Below, in pieces: positions 23,398 through 36,867 of a stretch of DNA of 64,000 bases. Each line of letters opens with the position of its first letter. The first letter of the stretch is position 1. The notes under the pieces are model-generated. The model was not told the DNA's origin and did no database searches. It saw only the letters and a program-made list of their open reading frames with translations. Source of the DNA: Rhizaria sp. SCN 62-66 (taxonomy: Eukaryota); NCBI GenBank assembly GCA_001724265.1, contig MEDY01000129.1:1-64000 (forward strand), written 5' to 3'. The position numbers and the translations under genes are program-made.

Positions 23398-24346
23398 CTA
23401 TTTGAAAAGAGAGATCGCGCATTCAAAACAATTATATAGAGAGTATAATTAACAAACCATATAGAAATAACTGTAGAAATCCCATAAGCATAGTGATATT
23501 TCAATTGACGGACGTTGCGATGCAATAAATCCGATTTACTTTGGCACTAGCTACCTTTCGACCCCGAGGCTGCCGTCGCTGCCAATCTTGCCAGCATTAA
23601 AACCACATTTTATTCATTATCTTGATGTAATTTAATATCATTGGAAAGAAATTTGACATGAACAAACAAAATTATAAGATACTCTTATAATAATTGCTAA
23701 TACACTTAGAGAACTGTGTTGTCGCAACATATCTCATGATTTTCAGTTCATTTGTAATTGCGCAACTTCGTCGTTACGCTAACAGAGAGGACTCTGAGAT
23801 GCATACCACTTGTGCTATAGCGCATACACAACAATTTACGTGCACAATTTGTTTGAGCAGTGACAGCAAGCAATCCGCAGCGATATTTTCGCCAAGGTTG
23901 CAGTCTACGGATAGTTCAGCACCTCGAGCTGACAGCTAATCATTTTTTGATGGGAGGCGCAGTATAAACTTAAAGTCGAGCTCAAGACAGGGAAACGGCG
24001 TTAAAACAGCGTGATTTCAGTCTGTTGTCACATAATTCCTAGTATGACCGTGTCAGACTCACCACAAACGCTTTTTGACAGTGACAAGCGCGATTTGTCC
24101 CCAGCACAGGACTATAGCAAATCATCTTGATCTCAATATCACCACATGCCAACGCAAATTTTCAAGTGTGCCGAAGAAGATCAAACAATGAAATGCAGAT
24201 GTTTTATTTTGCTTTCCTCTCGAACAAATCGCTGTCCCTTTATCCACGCATTTCCCATAACCCTTCTGTGTCCCCATCCCTCTTGTCACTCGCGCTAACA
24301 TTCTCACTTGCCTTGCGTTCTCACGCTACCAAAATCTCACCCTTGC

Positions 24347-26578
24347 ATGGTTGCAGTTATGAACCCCACCAAGACAACTCCCCCCGCGTCCGCCGCGCAG
24401 CCCGCGTGCAGTGGGTCTTCCGAGCGCGACTGCTACCACCAGTGCGGGCAGAAGGTCCTTTCCTCCCTCGCCCGCTTCTCCTCGGCGCCGGCTTCGACCT
24501 CGGAAGCACTCTTCGCTTTTGCGCACTGTTGCATGCTTGGACTCGGCTTTCGCCCCTTTTGCTCCTCCACGGGCGAGCTCTGCGCGGCCGACGCGTCGAC
24601 TCTGCCCAACTTCGCCGCCCCCGGCGCGCAGGGCGGGATGCTGACAGCGCGCTACCGCTTCATCGGCCACGGCTTCACCGAGAAGCCCACCATCACCGAG
24701 ACACATTTTCCCCCGCGGCAGCAGGAGCGCATCGGCAAGGATGCCGACGCTCCCGCGCTTACCCAAGCCCAGGCCCAGTCTAAGAGCGGCAGCGAGAGCG
24801 ACTTCAAGTCGGACCGTGCCATGACCTCCGCCCCTGCTGGGGGCGCGATGGCCGCGCACAAGGCCGACATCGAGCGCCACGGCCGCCGCGCTGAAGGCGC
24901 GGTGTGCGACGTGGTGCTTGAAGGCCGCGTCACCGCCGACGGCCTCGCGCTCAGCGTCAACGAGGGCGCCGCGGCGCTGCAGTCGCAGCAAGAGCAGTAT
25001 TCGCAGAGCCAGAGCTGGGGCATGTCGTCGAGCTCGTCTTATTCCAGCTCCAGCCGCCGCCGTCCCGAGCTGGCGCTGCGCGCGGCCGACTGGCTTGCCA
25101 AGGACGCGGCGGGGCGCCCTTACAGCGACGCGCGGGAGATGTTTATCAACGCTGATGGGCTCTGCAAGACCCTCAACGAGGGCTGCTTCCAGGGCATCAT
25201 TCCCGACAAGGTAAGTTGAACTGTATAATATTTATAAATTATAATTTAAATATTATACTGTAATTTTATACTTGAAGGTCAATGTATGGCCGAGAAAATC
25301 AAGTGAAAAGTGCTGGAGTGACGAACTGACAAGCGTTTGTGGTGGCTCGAGGGGGGTCTGGCTGGATCGGAAACAACGTGATTCGCGAAAGAAGACGTCG
25401 CGCATGTGACCGTATATCAAATTCAAAGCGTGCTATCAATAGTTATTTTGCGATTTAAACTTTATTCATCTTTTTGTGACTCGCAAGTCGTTGCTCTATG
25501 CAACCATATAGCACCTTTTCACTTCAATCCCTCTCTGTTGCTTCCGCCCCCTTCCGCTTCCCCTTGCTCTGGCGCCCTGTCTGTCTGTTCTCGCCCACAG
25601 CCCCCATCCTTGCGCCCCGGCAACCACTTTTTCTCGCAGTTCTTCGGCTTCTCCTCCGTTCCCCGCCTCGGCACCAACATCTAAGCAGCTCCACTAAGAG
25701 CTACGCCTCTCCTTGCATCAATGCAACCTCACCAGCCCTCTGGCCCTGGCTCTAGCTCCGGCTCCGGCTCCGGTGGCCCTGGCTCTGCAGCCACCGGCCC
25801 GTGCCCGCACCCCTCGTGCCAGCCCGGCGCCGCGCGCGACAGCCACCACCCTCACAGCGGCGTCCCGGGAGCGAACGACGGCCTCGCCCGCCAGCAACAG
25901 CCCGGTCACATGCCCGGCGCTCCCCCAGCTCCCGGTCACGGTCACGAGCGCGATCGCGCTCGCGACGGCTACAACAACAACAGCGGGGGCCGCATGCCAC
26001 CCGACGTCGACGACCGTGGCCCCGCCATCGGGCTCGGCGACCTGGACCCCCAGCACTCGCGCGGCACGTTCCCCCCGAACAGCCATAACTTGGACAATGA
26101 CGGCCACGGCTACGGCTACGACTTCCCCGACCCCGTTGTGCCGGGCCCCGGCGGACTGGTGGGGCCGGACGACCTCGCGCGCGCGCGCGGCCGCGGCGGC
26201 CTCAGCGGCGGCCCTGACTACCCTCCTGGCCCTGGCTACGGCGGATACGGCGGCGGCGGCGGCGGTCGCTACGGCCCCGGCGGCGGCTACGGCCCCGGCT
26301 ATGGCGGCCCTGGCGGCTACGGCGGTCCCACAGGCCCCAGCGGCATCGGTGGTATCGGCGGCTTGCCCGGCCCCGGCGGCTACGGCGGCCCCGGCGGCTA
26401 CGGCGGCGGTGGCGGGCCAATGGGTCCCCACGGCCCCGGCGGTGTCCCACCCGGCCACGGCGGCCGCGGACAGCCTCGTTTTGACCCCTACGGCCCGTTC
26501 CCGGGCATGGGGCGGCCCGGCAATGACCACTTGCCGCCGCCGGGGCCGCGCGGGTTCGGGCCAGGCGGGTTCATGTAA
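24347..26578 (+). CDS. PSMF1: Proteasome inhibitor PI31; exons 24347-25210, 25736-26578
   Basis: FP-domain start LFAFAHCCMLGLGFR and RYRF; C-terminal IGLGDLDP, GGLVGPDD, PRFDPYGP, PGNDHLPPPG. The acceptor at 25735 is the only nearby AG giving a stop-free in-frame join. Confidence 0.85.
26218..26440 (+). repeat. GPGGYG / GGYGG low-complexity peptide repeats within PI31
   Basis: Repeated ggccccggcggctacggc-type units. Confidence 0.85.
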
Positions 26579-27653
26579 GTAGGGCGTCTAGGTAGGACGG
26601 AAATTTTAGCTCCCGATGGCGTGATTTCGATCATAATGTAACTGTATCATATCGACATGCGTATGTGTGCTCGCAGAGACGTGCGCGCAGCGGTCGGTCA
26701 ATTATAATGGTATTTTGATTAAATATTGGAAATTGGAAAGGAAACATTGAGTATGACCAGTTTTCTTGCTTTGTTAAGATGCAATGATTTTAAGTCAGAT
26801 CTTTGTTACGTCATGATCTGCGCTCTTCACTTTCAGAGTGTCGGGCTAAGTGTTGAAGTTGCATCAAACTTGGACGGATATAACGATAATAAAGCTGAGA
26901 ACTTCACTCAAGTCACTCGTTAACGAATAACCATATCGGTAAAGTATTCATAGTGTGCGTGCTGCATAAAAAAAACAACATCCATACGTAATACGTACAA
27001 TATACATATAACAAGACAATCATAACATGTACAGTCGAGGATGATAGGAAAGACCAAGATAATGGTTGGAAAAACCGAGATAGTGGTTCTGTTGTCAGAG
27101 GTTCGCTCTCAATGCTTGACTGGAGCCTCAAAGAGGTCTGACAAAGAAATAATATTATAAAATAATATAATCATTAGAAATGATATACAAGCCATCAGTT
27201 ACACACTAAACTATTGGTGTGGTACTCCAGTCCAGCAACGTTCAGAGCGCGATGTTTGATTCAAGTCGACCACAAAAAACGTATTCCAAAATTTTGAGTG
27301 ATACTTCGTCTCTGTCTCACTTGAACTAGCGCCAATCATATCGAAACTGCTCGGACACGTTGAAAAGCTTATACAACATATTGTAACATGATGAAAAACT
27401 TGGAATAGCACGTTGTCGCCACTATACTGCAGTAGATATTATTTGCTTACGTTCCGCGGCTAGTTATACGAGGACAAAATAGTGTATTTAAGAAATACAA
27501 GAGGACCTATGGCCTCAGTTAGTCAAAGGAAATACTTAAAAATACAATAAAATCTTACTGAACACACGAATTATCGAATAATTGAATGTGACATGCAGAA
27601 TGCAGACATCTTCCACAGTCACATCAAACTTCGCTCGAGCTTAGGCATTCCCT

Positions 27654-30600
27654 TCACCGCGCGAGCTTGAGCATAATCTTCCTGTGCGCAAAGCAGAGAA
27701 AATCAACGTACGACAGCGACGCGGGCGACTTGTTCTTCCCCGCGGCCTCATCCACCACTCGGACGGGCGCGCGATCAAAGATAAGCCGCGTGTGCATCGC
27801 GATCTCCTCCTGCGTGCGCATGCCGCGGAGAATGCCCACGCCCGCGGGGCCCAACGCCGCGGGTGGGGCCGTGACGCCCGCGCCCTCGCTCGCAAACACC
27901 ACGCGCACGGCCTGCGCGGCGGGCATCCCGCGGCGCGCAGACGCAATGATGTCGTGCAGCGTCGCGTGCACTTGCGCGATGAACTCGCCGTCGACTGCAG
28001 TGCCCGCGGCCGCGGCATCAAGCTCACCGCGCGCGCGGACAGAGGCCAGCAGCGGCTTCACCCCGGCGCCGGCCACGGTTGCGCCGGGCAGCGTCGGCGT
28101 CACCCCGGCCGCGTGGACCTTAAAGAGCGCGGTGATGACGTGCGCCGGCACTGCCGAGCCGACGTAGACGTAGAGCGTGCGTGCGTCGTCGAGCACGAAG
28201 ATGCTCGTGGCGCTCAGCGATGACAGCTGCGGCGTCTCGGTCGGCCACCCGCCGCGCACGGGCTCCTCACCGGGCGGGGTGTCGGCCGAGTCCCCCTCGG
28301 GAGACAGCGCAGGCCCTCGGTACGCACACTTGATCACGTCGTACAGCCGCGGGACGACGGCCGTGGTAGCCAGCGCGGCGGGCAGGCACAGCGCCTGCAC
28401 GGCCAGCGTCGTCCGGTCGTCGACGCGCACGCCGGTGCCTTCGCGCTGCAGCAGCTCGGACTTAATCAGACCCAGCGTGCAAACAGGCAGCAGCTTCACA
28501 GTGTCGGGCAGGATGAGCTGCGTCGACACGGACCCGACGCAAACATACTTGCGGTACGCGTAGAGGCAGTCAAGCAGTGAGTTGACCGCGGCGTCCTGCG
28601 ACGCCAGTAGCACGGCGTTGGACGCGCCCGACCCCGCGCCCGCGGCGGCGGCCTTGTGCGCAGTGCGGTAGTAGAGCGGCTCGGCGGCCTGCTTCAACGA
28701 GAGCGCGACGATCGTGTCCAGGTCCACGCGCGTGAACACGTCGCCCACGGTCGCCACGATGGGTAGCGACAGCGTGTGCACGCGGATGCGCCGATGCCCA
28801 GACGCCGTCGTGTAAAGCAGCGCAGCCTGTACGCAGCACTCGTTGGGGGACCCCGCGGCGCCGCCCTTGCCGCTCTGCACGACGGCCTGCGACGGCGGCA
28901 TCAGCGGCGCGTGGCCCGGGTTGCCCCCCGCCCAGGCACCGGTACCAGTGAGCGACAACGTGTCGCGGTACTCCACGCGGAACCCCACGGCCTTGTCGGC
29001 GTCGACCGTCGCAAGCAGGTTGTCGTAGTACGAGTAGAAGTTGCCGTAATACTGCGCCACGGCCAGCCCGCGCGAGACGCGGATGATGAGCGTCGCGTTG
29101 GCGCCCGCCGCGCGCGTGACGAGGTTGCGCCTCACGTCCTTGGCCAGCGTTTCGCCGTCGAGCAGTGCGAACGATCCTGGGAGCACCAGGCCGGCGCCCG
29201 AGCTCGCCGCCGCGGCGCCGGCGCCGCTGCGGGTAGGCTGCGCCACGGTCAGCGAAGAGGCGTAGTAGCGGTAGAGCTGACCACCGGTGACCGTGCTGAG
29301 CGCGGACACCGTGGCCACGTCGGCGTAGGACGAGCCCGCAGAGGCGAGGCGGCAGGAGAACAGGTCGAACCCGAGACTGAGTCCAACGGCCTTGACGCCG
29401 AGCTCCTCGTAGAACCCTTCGCCGGCGGGAGCGTACAGCGCTGCGAGCGCGGCGGCGGCCTGCGAGGACCCATGCACGTTGCTGTACAGCGCCGCGTCCT
29501 CGCGCATCGGCAGCGCGCCCGCGCCGTGATTCGGCAGCGACGCCGAGAACAGCAGCACGCGCCCGCCGCCGAGGCGGTAGTCGCTGGAGCCGACGTGACC
29601 GCCCGTGTCGCGCTTGCGGTCGCCCGCGCCGGGCCCCGCGAGCTCCTCGAACAGCAGCACGGCCGTCTTGGCCGCAGCACCCACGGCCGCCGCGGGGCCG
29701 GCGCGGCCTGTGGCAACGTCGCGCGCGTGCTGCGCCGGCAGCGCGGCCAGCACGGCGTCCAACCGGGCCGCGGAGGCTGGATTGCAGAGCGAGGAGACGC
29801 ACATGGCGGCCGGGACGGGCAGGAACGGGTCGCCCGCGGAGGTCATCACGACGGTCTCGGCCTCGGGCCAGTCGCCGCGCGTGTTGAGGTTGGCGTTACT
29901 GGCGTTGCCAGCGCTGTTGCTGTTGTTTGTGGACGAGGACTGAGCCGCGGGAGCCGGGGCAAGCATCTGCAGCTGCACCGTGGCGCCGTACGTGATCACG
30001 GCCACGAACGGGCCCCGCGGTAGCGCAGAGGCAGCGGGGCTGTAGCGGGCGTGCTCGGCGAACTCGGCCTGCGCGCGCGCCGCCATCTGCGCTGTCGACT
30101 CGCGCAGCGCGGCGACGGCCGAGGCGAAGAAGCCTGACCGCACTGCGCCCACCGAGGCGTCGAGCGCGTAGATGTAGCACATGTTGAGCGGCTCGCGGGC
30201 GCGGTTCGCAGCCTGCGCGGCCGCGGACGGCGCGCTGGCGCCACTAACACCTCCGGAGTCTGAAGAGGCGGCGGCGGCGGCGGCGGCGGCGGAGGAAGAG
30301 ATGCCCCAGAGAGAGGCGGGCGCAGGGAACTCAACGGAGCCGTGGCATAGCTCCGGACGCTGGTTGCGGTCGCGCCGCAGGCCGTCGGCGTCGAGGTTGC
30401 ACCGGTACCACTCAGGCACCTCCTGTTAAAGCGCAAACCAGATCAAATGCAGCAAGAAAGCGAAAGCGACACAAAGGGATAATAACACACCAGTGAGCCA
30501 AAAGTAATATGATTCACAAGTATGATAAATTAAGCTATTATTCGAGTATATAGACGTAAAATATGGATAAATATATCTCAATACGTCTGCAATATGTCGA

Positions 30601-32822
30601 CATCCTTGCGAGGTATATCTAGGTATATGTACGCACCTGCGTGAGCTCGCAGAGGTTGCAGACCATCTTGGCGCCCAGCTCCTGGAAGCGGAAGAACGGG
30701 TTGACATACGCGCGGCACCCGCGGCAGCGCACGGGCCCCTCTGGCGCGGTGACGGACGCTAGCTCGACGGCCGTGTCGCCGGGCAGAGTGGCCGCGAGCG
30801 GCTGGAGGACGCCGCCGACGGCGATCTTGGTCTTGGCCATGACGGCGGCCTCGGCCGGGATGGCGTGCGCAGTGAGGCGCAGGAAGCGCGGCGACGCGTT
30901 GCCTTGATCAATGACGGTGAAGCGGGACGACGCCGGCGGTAGCTGCTCCCCGCCGCGCGTGCGGACTAGTGCGCGCGTCTCGGCCTCGAACACCGGGAGA
31001 GTCGACGGGTCGATGCGCGGGCCGAAGCTGCCGCCGGAGCCGGAGCCAGAGGAATTGGGGGGGCGCGAAGGCTGCGGGTGCGGCACTGCGCCCGCGGTCT
31101 GAGACTGAGGCTGCTGCTGCTGTTGCTGCTGCTGTTGCTGCTGGGGCTGCTGCTGGGGCTGGGGCGGAGGAGCCTGGCCCGGCATCAGGGGCATCAGCAT
31201 CCCGTTCGCGGCCGGCGCCGGCGCGCCCATAGTAGGAGGCGGGGGAAACGCCGCGCCGCCGCTGAGCGTCGAGGACAGACTGGGCGCGGCCGAGGGTCCG
31301 CCCACCGCAGTGTACATGTACCCGTTGCCCACCGCGTTAGTCGGGCCCTGGGCAATCCCGCCGAGGCCGCCGCTAGTCGCAGGTGCAGTCGCGGAGGGAA
31401 AGCCGCCGCCGCCGCCGCCGCCGACAGCGTTGGCGGCAGAGGGAGACGGCGTGACACCGGAGGGCGCTGCCGAGAGCGAGGGCAGCGTGATGCTCGTCGC
31501 CGCCAGCAGTGCGCCGGTCGCAGCCACGCTGGGGGCCCCGGGCAGCGAGTTCAGGCCGTTGTTGCCGTTGCCGTTGGGGAAGACCGGGGCGGGGAACGCG
31601 GCGGCGTGCGTGCCGGGGACCTGCTGTCCCGGCGGCGCCAGAGCGTTGGCGGCGTGAGGGGCGGGCGGGACGGCGGAGGGGAACGGAGACAGCGCGGGCG
31701 ACGGCACGTCCTGGGCGGGGAAGCGCGGCAGCAGGCCCGAGGCGCCGGGCACCGCACCGCCGAAGCCGAGCCCGAGCCCGGCGCCGTGGCCGCCTGCGAC
31801 AGGCAGGGGCCCGCCGACAGTGGCCGCCGTCGCGAGGGGGGACGCGGCGCCGCTGGCCAGGCCCGACGCAGGGCCGCCGCCCATAGTAGAGAGCGGGGGG
31901 ATACCGCCGACCGCGCCGGGGGCTGCGGGGGCGGGGGGCGCGGTGAGCGAGAGGGGCGCGGGGGGAAAGAACGGCGACGACGGAGGCGGGGCAGCGGCAC
32001 CAGCACCAACAGGGGGGAACGGAGGCTTAAACGCAGCGCCGGCGCCAGCGGCGGCGCCAGCGGGGGCAGCAAAGGGGTTTTGCAGAGGCGCGGGGGCCGT
32101 GAAGGGCGCCGGAGCCGTGAAGGGCGCCGGGGCGGTAAAAGGCGCGGGCGCGGTAAACGGCGCGGGGGCGCTGAACGGGACAGGGGCACTGAAGGGCGCG
32201 GGCGCGGGCGCCGAGAACGGGGCCGGGGGCGTCGCAGCGGTGAAGGGGGCGGCGGGGGCAGTGAACGGCGCGGGTGTGGTGAATGGAGCCGGTGCACCGA
32301 CGGCTGCGGGGGCAAACGGGTTGGCGACGGGCGCAACGGCAGCAGGGCGCGGCGCAGCAGCAGTTCCAGCAGCAGCGCCCGCGCCGGCGCCGGCGCCAGC
32401 GGGAGCGGGAGCGGCGGAGAAGGCAGGGGAAGGGGCGCCAGCGGGGAACGCGGCGCCGGCGGAGAAGGCGGCGGGCGCGAAGGGGTTCGGGACAGCACCG
32501 CCAGCGGGGGCCGCGGGGGAGCCAGCAGCAGGAGCAGGAGCAGGAGCAGGAGCAGCAGCAGCAGGGAAGCCAGGCATAGGCGCGCCGGGGAAAGCGCCGA
32601 AGGGGTTAGCAGGGGGCGCTGCGCCGGCACCGCCAGGGGCCGGGGGGAAGGCGGGGAAACCGGAGAATCTGTCAAGAGCAGGGACAGGGCAAGCAAGAAG
32701 TTACAACATGAAGTGTGAGCGTGGTAGTGCAAGAAAGCCAAGGTTCGAACAGAGACAGGAGGAAGCAACTGTCAGAGAGCAAGTGAGGGAGGATGCGTGA
32801 GTGAAACGTACCCGGGCTGCAT
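27654..32822 (-). CDS. SEC24: COPII coat protein Sec24 (C/D-like); exons 32822-32812, 32668-30637, 30422-27654
   Basis: DQGNASPRFLRLT, zinc finger PVRCRGCRAYVNPF...CNLC, RPELCHGSVEF, VQAALLYT..GHRRIRVHTLSLP, QLILPDTVKLLP, SYVDFLCFAHRKI; spliced length 4812 nt, in frame. Confidence 0.95.
32085..32300 (-). repeat. Tandem APFTAP/APFSAP hexapeptide repeats in the Sec24 N-terminus
   Basis: Translation ...APFSAPAPAPFSAPVPFSAPAPFTAPAPFTAPAPFTAPAPFTAP...; 18-nt period. Confidence 0.9.
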
Positions 32823-33510
32823 GGCGTTCAGTCAGCAACGAGGCCTGCAAGGCGCGCTGCGAGAAGGCTGGGTGCGGGAGTTAGGGGCGAACCCTTAAGG
32901 GAGAGCCAGATGGCAGACGATGCGGGCGCGTTTGAAGGAGGACGCACCGAGGAGGGTCTGGGAGAAAGTTTGTCTGTAGCAAAAGACAGGAAGTGTAAGA
33001 TTGAAAAAGAAGGCAAGTGGGCAGTCAGCACAAAGTATATGTTGCTGTGAAAAGCGTCATGGGCGCGCACGAGATCGCAGTGGCGCGTGAGCAGTTGCTG
33101 ACCAGGCAGATTTGGTGACTTTGGGTGTGGCTAAGGTCTGATTCGATCACGCCGAAGCAAACCACCAAGGACACTACTTTTGCGCAGAGAAAGCAAAGTA
33201 AAGAATAATAACAGTGCGTCCAATGCCAAACCAATGGTTGCTAGTCCTATCCGCTGTCACCACGATGCACATGATCGGCTTTGGTTCGTGCCGCCCGAGA
33301 TCTTCACGGCTGGTCCGACCAACAGCAGCCAACCTCATTTTTTCGGTCCACAGCCACAAGTAACAGCACCTTCTGACAATGACCGAAATCACACTTGTTC
33401 AAGTTTAAATCTTCACATTACGAGAGAGAAACCAACATAGACAGTTCATATTAAGAATTAAGTGTATTATATCTGGAGTTAAATTCTCAAATAGTCCTCA
33501 GTACCCCGAA

Positions 33511-34608
33511 TTAGTCCGCCTTCTTAGCGGGAGTTACGACAGGAGCAGCCACAGCAGCCGGAGCAGCGATCTTCTTTGCACTGCTATTGATGTTACTGAC
33601 TCCGATAGGCTTGACCCCCCTGGCAGCCTCGCGCTCAACCACGCCCTCCAGCCCTCCGCCCAGCGCGCGCGCGCGTTCCTCCTGCCTCTTCTCAGCGCGC
33701 CACGCCTTAGAGTCAAGTCCTGCCGAAGCCATCGCGGTCGCGATGTCGTCCCGAGTCACGGCGCCCTCGCCGCGCGCGCGCTTGACGGCCTGCTCCTTCT
33801 CCCAGCGCTCCTGTTTGTTGTCGCGGATCGCCAGCAGCACAGTTTCGATCGCCAGTACGCCGACTACGCCCACGGCGCCGAAGCCCATTTGCAGCGCCGT
33901 GTTGTGCTGGTACAGCATGCGGCCGACGTACCACATCACGACGAACCCCGTCACCATCATCATGATGATGTTCGCCGCAATGGAGAGGTCCTTGGTGACG
34001 TGGCTAAACCCGCCGAAAATGCCGTCCTCTTTCCCACTCGTCCCGTCCGCCCGCTTGCCCAGCAAGAGGTTGATCTCGCGTTTCGCCACTTTAGCGCGGA
34101 TCCGCTCCAGGTTCGCCGCGACGGCGGGGGAATACACCGGAGGCGCGTCGGGGTTCGTCACGGGCGCAATGGACGACCCACGGACCAGCTCGTGCACGTA
34201 CCCCGCAACCGCAGCGCCACGAGCGCCGGTGTTGCTCGTAAACTGCGAGTTGCGCTGGGGCGCGACACGGGAGATGAAGAGTAGCCCGGCCGACAGCGGC
34301 TGCAGCAGTGACATCGGCAGGGGGGCGGACGCGGGCAGCGCGCGCAGAGAGACGAGGTGCGCGAGGGTCAGCGCGGGTGGCAGCGCGGGCAGGGCAGCAG
34401 CAGCGGAGGCTGATTTGGAACTGTGCTTGCTGGCTGCGGTTGATGACAAGGACGCGGGCGCCGCGGTGTTGGTGCGAGCGCAGTCAGGGTCGTAGAAGGC
34501 GAGGACGTCGGCAACGGCGGCGGAAATGCGCGCGGTGGGCGTGAAGGACATCTCGGGTACCTTGGGCGGCGAAGACGGCGCTAAGGTGGCCGACGCGGGG
34601 GCGGACAT
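33511..34608 (-). CDS. VMA12: V-ATPase assembly factor Vma12/TMEM199
   Basis: YVHELVRGS, SPAVAANLERIRAKVAKREINLLL, two TM helices (IAANIIMMMVTGFVVMWY; GVVGVLAIETVLL), C-terminal KKAD ER-retrieval signal. Confidence 0.85.
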   Translation of the reverse strand: MSAPASATLAPSSPPKVPEMSFTPTARISAAVADVLAFYDPDCARTNTAAPASLSSTAASKHSSKSASAAAALPALPPALTLAHLVSLRALPASAPLPMSLLQPLSAGLLFISRVAPQRNSQFTSNTGARGAAVAGYVHELVRGSSIAPVTNPDAPPVYSPAVAANLERIRAKVAKREINLLLGKRADGTSGKEDGIFGGFSHVTKDLSIAANIIMMMVTGFVVMWYVGRMLYQHNTALQMGFGAVGVVGVLAIETVLLAIRDNKQERWEKEQAVKRARGEGAVTRDDIATAMASAGLDSKAWRAEKRQEERARALGGGLEGVVEREAARGVKPIGVSNINSSAKKIAAPAAVAAPVVTPAKKAD

Positions 34609-35008
34609 CGTGGGCGTTCGAGCGGGGATTGTGGTGACGTGCTGCTGAACTAGTGCTTCTGGGGCAAAGAATAAACTACGGTGACGCGCAATAATTTAAT
34701 AAAATAGAGGTGAGATACATTTAAAGTGGATCAGATTACTCCCGGATCTAACAACGGTTCCTGCATAGAAATATATCTGCACTTCAGAAGCGCTCAAGAG
34801 ACAGCCACGTCGCGGACAGCGGGACCTCAAACCGAACGTGTGGCCAGGAATCTCGCACTGTTCATTGTCCATCTGAACTTCCGTTAACAGTAATGTCACG
34901 CTACCACCGAAACAAACACACAAGAATATATACTATATCTTTTGTCTCATCTTCCCAACAACGTTTTTGCCCCGCAATGTTCAACCCCGCTCCCACTCTA
35001 GCGCTGAC

Positions 35009-36134
35009 ATGCTTGCTCGCACCCTGCGCAGCGTCTCCTCCGTCGCGTCCCGCCGCGCCCCTTCTGCGGTCTCTCTGCTGGCGCGTGGCCCCGCGCGCCA
35101 CTTCTCCTCCCCCAAGGACAACATCGTCGACGCAGAGTACACCGAGGTCACCGGCTCTGGCAGTGCCGCCGCGTCCGGTGGCAACAGCAACCCCAACAGC
35201 ATCAACTTCGACATCGAGGTGGCCGTCAAGATCCGCAGCGACATCGTCGACACACTGCGCTCCGAGAACGTTAAGGGCCTGCTCGAGACGCTCGCGCAGA
35301 GCTCCGACCTGCCTCTGGCCAAGTGGCGCACTGTCGAGAGCGTCATGAACCAGGTCACGGAGCAGATAATCGCAGACTACCAGACCAAGGAGCCGTCGTT
35401 CCCGCTCCAGGGCCCGCCCGCCGTGGCCGCGAGCAACTTCGACACGCTCTGCCGCGTTGTCGCGTTGAGCGAGGACGGCGCGCCGCTGCGCGAGGCCTGG
35501 GAGGAGCAGTGGGCCGCGCTCCTCTCCTCCGCGTACGGCACCGACGAATACGTCACGCGCAACGCTAAGATTGCCCCCGAGGCCGCGCAGCGCATGGGGT
35601 ACATGTACAAGCAGTTTACGCAGCACGAGACGTTTAAGTCTATGCTCGCCGAGCGGCTGAATGAGCAGGCCATCGCGCAGTCAGGCCCCACTGCGTCTGG
35701 CGCAGTGCGTTCGCTGGAGCAGAAGCAGCGCACGCGCGCGCTAATCTCGGTGCTCGACCCCTTTCTCACGCGGCTCTACAAACAGTTTGGCTTTGAGGGA
35801 CCCGATTGTACGTGCACAAAAGCATTGCAAAGGAAGCAACGATATTTGACTAAAATGTGACACATGAACTGACTATTTGCTTTACGTAATTTTTACCATT
35901 TACACACTTGCTTGCTTTTTGCATAACTGTACTCATCACTTATGTCACCCTGTGCTTTCTCGCGTTTTTGCTTTGTTTTGCTTTGTTGTGCTTTGTTTTG
36001 TGTACTATTGTATCACAGGCTTCCCGCTGATGCAGAAAGCACTCTCGGTGCACTTTGTCGACCCCGAGGTCGTGGCGGAGTTCACAGACGCCGGCAAGCG
36101 CGCCACCACCATGGCTGGCCTTGAGGACTTCTGA
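35009..36134 (+). CDS. Predicted mitochondrial helical protein, possibly C10 (C12orf57)-like; exons 35009-35807, 36019-36134
   Basis: Presequence MLARTLRSVSSVASRR; GTACGT-AG intron gives ...QFGFEGPDCFPLMQKALSVHFVDPEV... The family call is tentative. Confidence 0.7.
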
Positions 36135-36867
36135 GCGAGCGTGTTGTTGCGACGATATTTATGGCAGAAGCTGCTATATCAGCTAGGGCCACATCGTTAC
36201 ATGCAACAAACCATTGCGAGCTGAATGCTGCGACTCGGAATACACATTTCTGGTTTTGGACAAAAACATGCACCACCCTTGTGGCGATGAAGATTTTATT
36301 TACATAGGTCTTGTTTAGAAGCTTGCAAAGGTCTCTATTCAGTTCCACAATGCATCTTGAGCTCAGATTGAGCATGAATTTTCTTACTTGTCGTCCGAGT
36401 ACAACACGCGACCATTCTTAAAATAGGACAGTGGGTTCAAGAGGCAGAACAAATTTACGTGCAGAGCCATAGCAGACAAGATGATTACAGTCAGTTGCCA
36501 AATATGTCTGAGAATCAACTTAAAAAGAAAAAGAGCCGTTGCGATGCTCACAGTCGCAGGTTCGTCGTCGGAGGGATCAGGATTTATGACGGCGAATTAC
36601 AAGATCTTTATCCAATTTTTGCAAGAGAAACAATTATGCCAACTTGATCATGAAACAAAGTAATCAGATTTTATTATCTTCAAGTTGATATCAGAGTTTA
36701 TCGTGTGCATCAGACCTCACGAGCGACACGTTTCCATCTCCTTGTCCACAGTCCATCCCACTTCACTCGCACGCATCCCACGGCGTTCACCAACGCTCTC
36801 TTCAACCCCTGACATCTTCCGTGTGCAGACACGTTACAACTCTGTTCCGCACGCCGCCGCACAGCCG

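Noticed and set aside
25682-25684. Apparent in-frame TAA in PI31 if the acceptor at 25600 is used
   Set aside because: The acceptor at 25735 gives a clean in-frame join, so this is not evidence for UAA reassignment.
31078-32800. Long plus-strand ORFs (546 aa, 326 aa) and similar overlapping ORFs such as 28776-30023, 47306-48430 and 60029-61330
   Set aside because: Antisense or alternative-frame artefacts of GC-rich genes with clear homology on the other strand.
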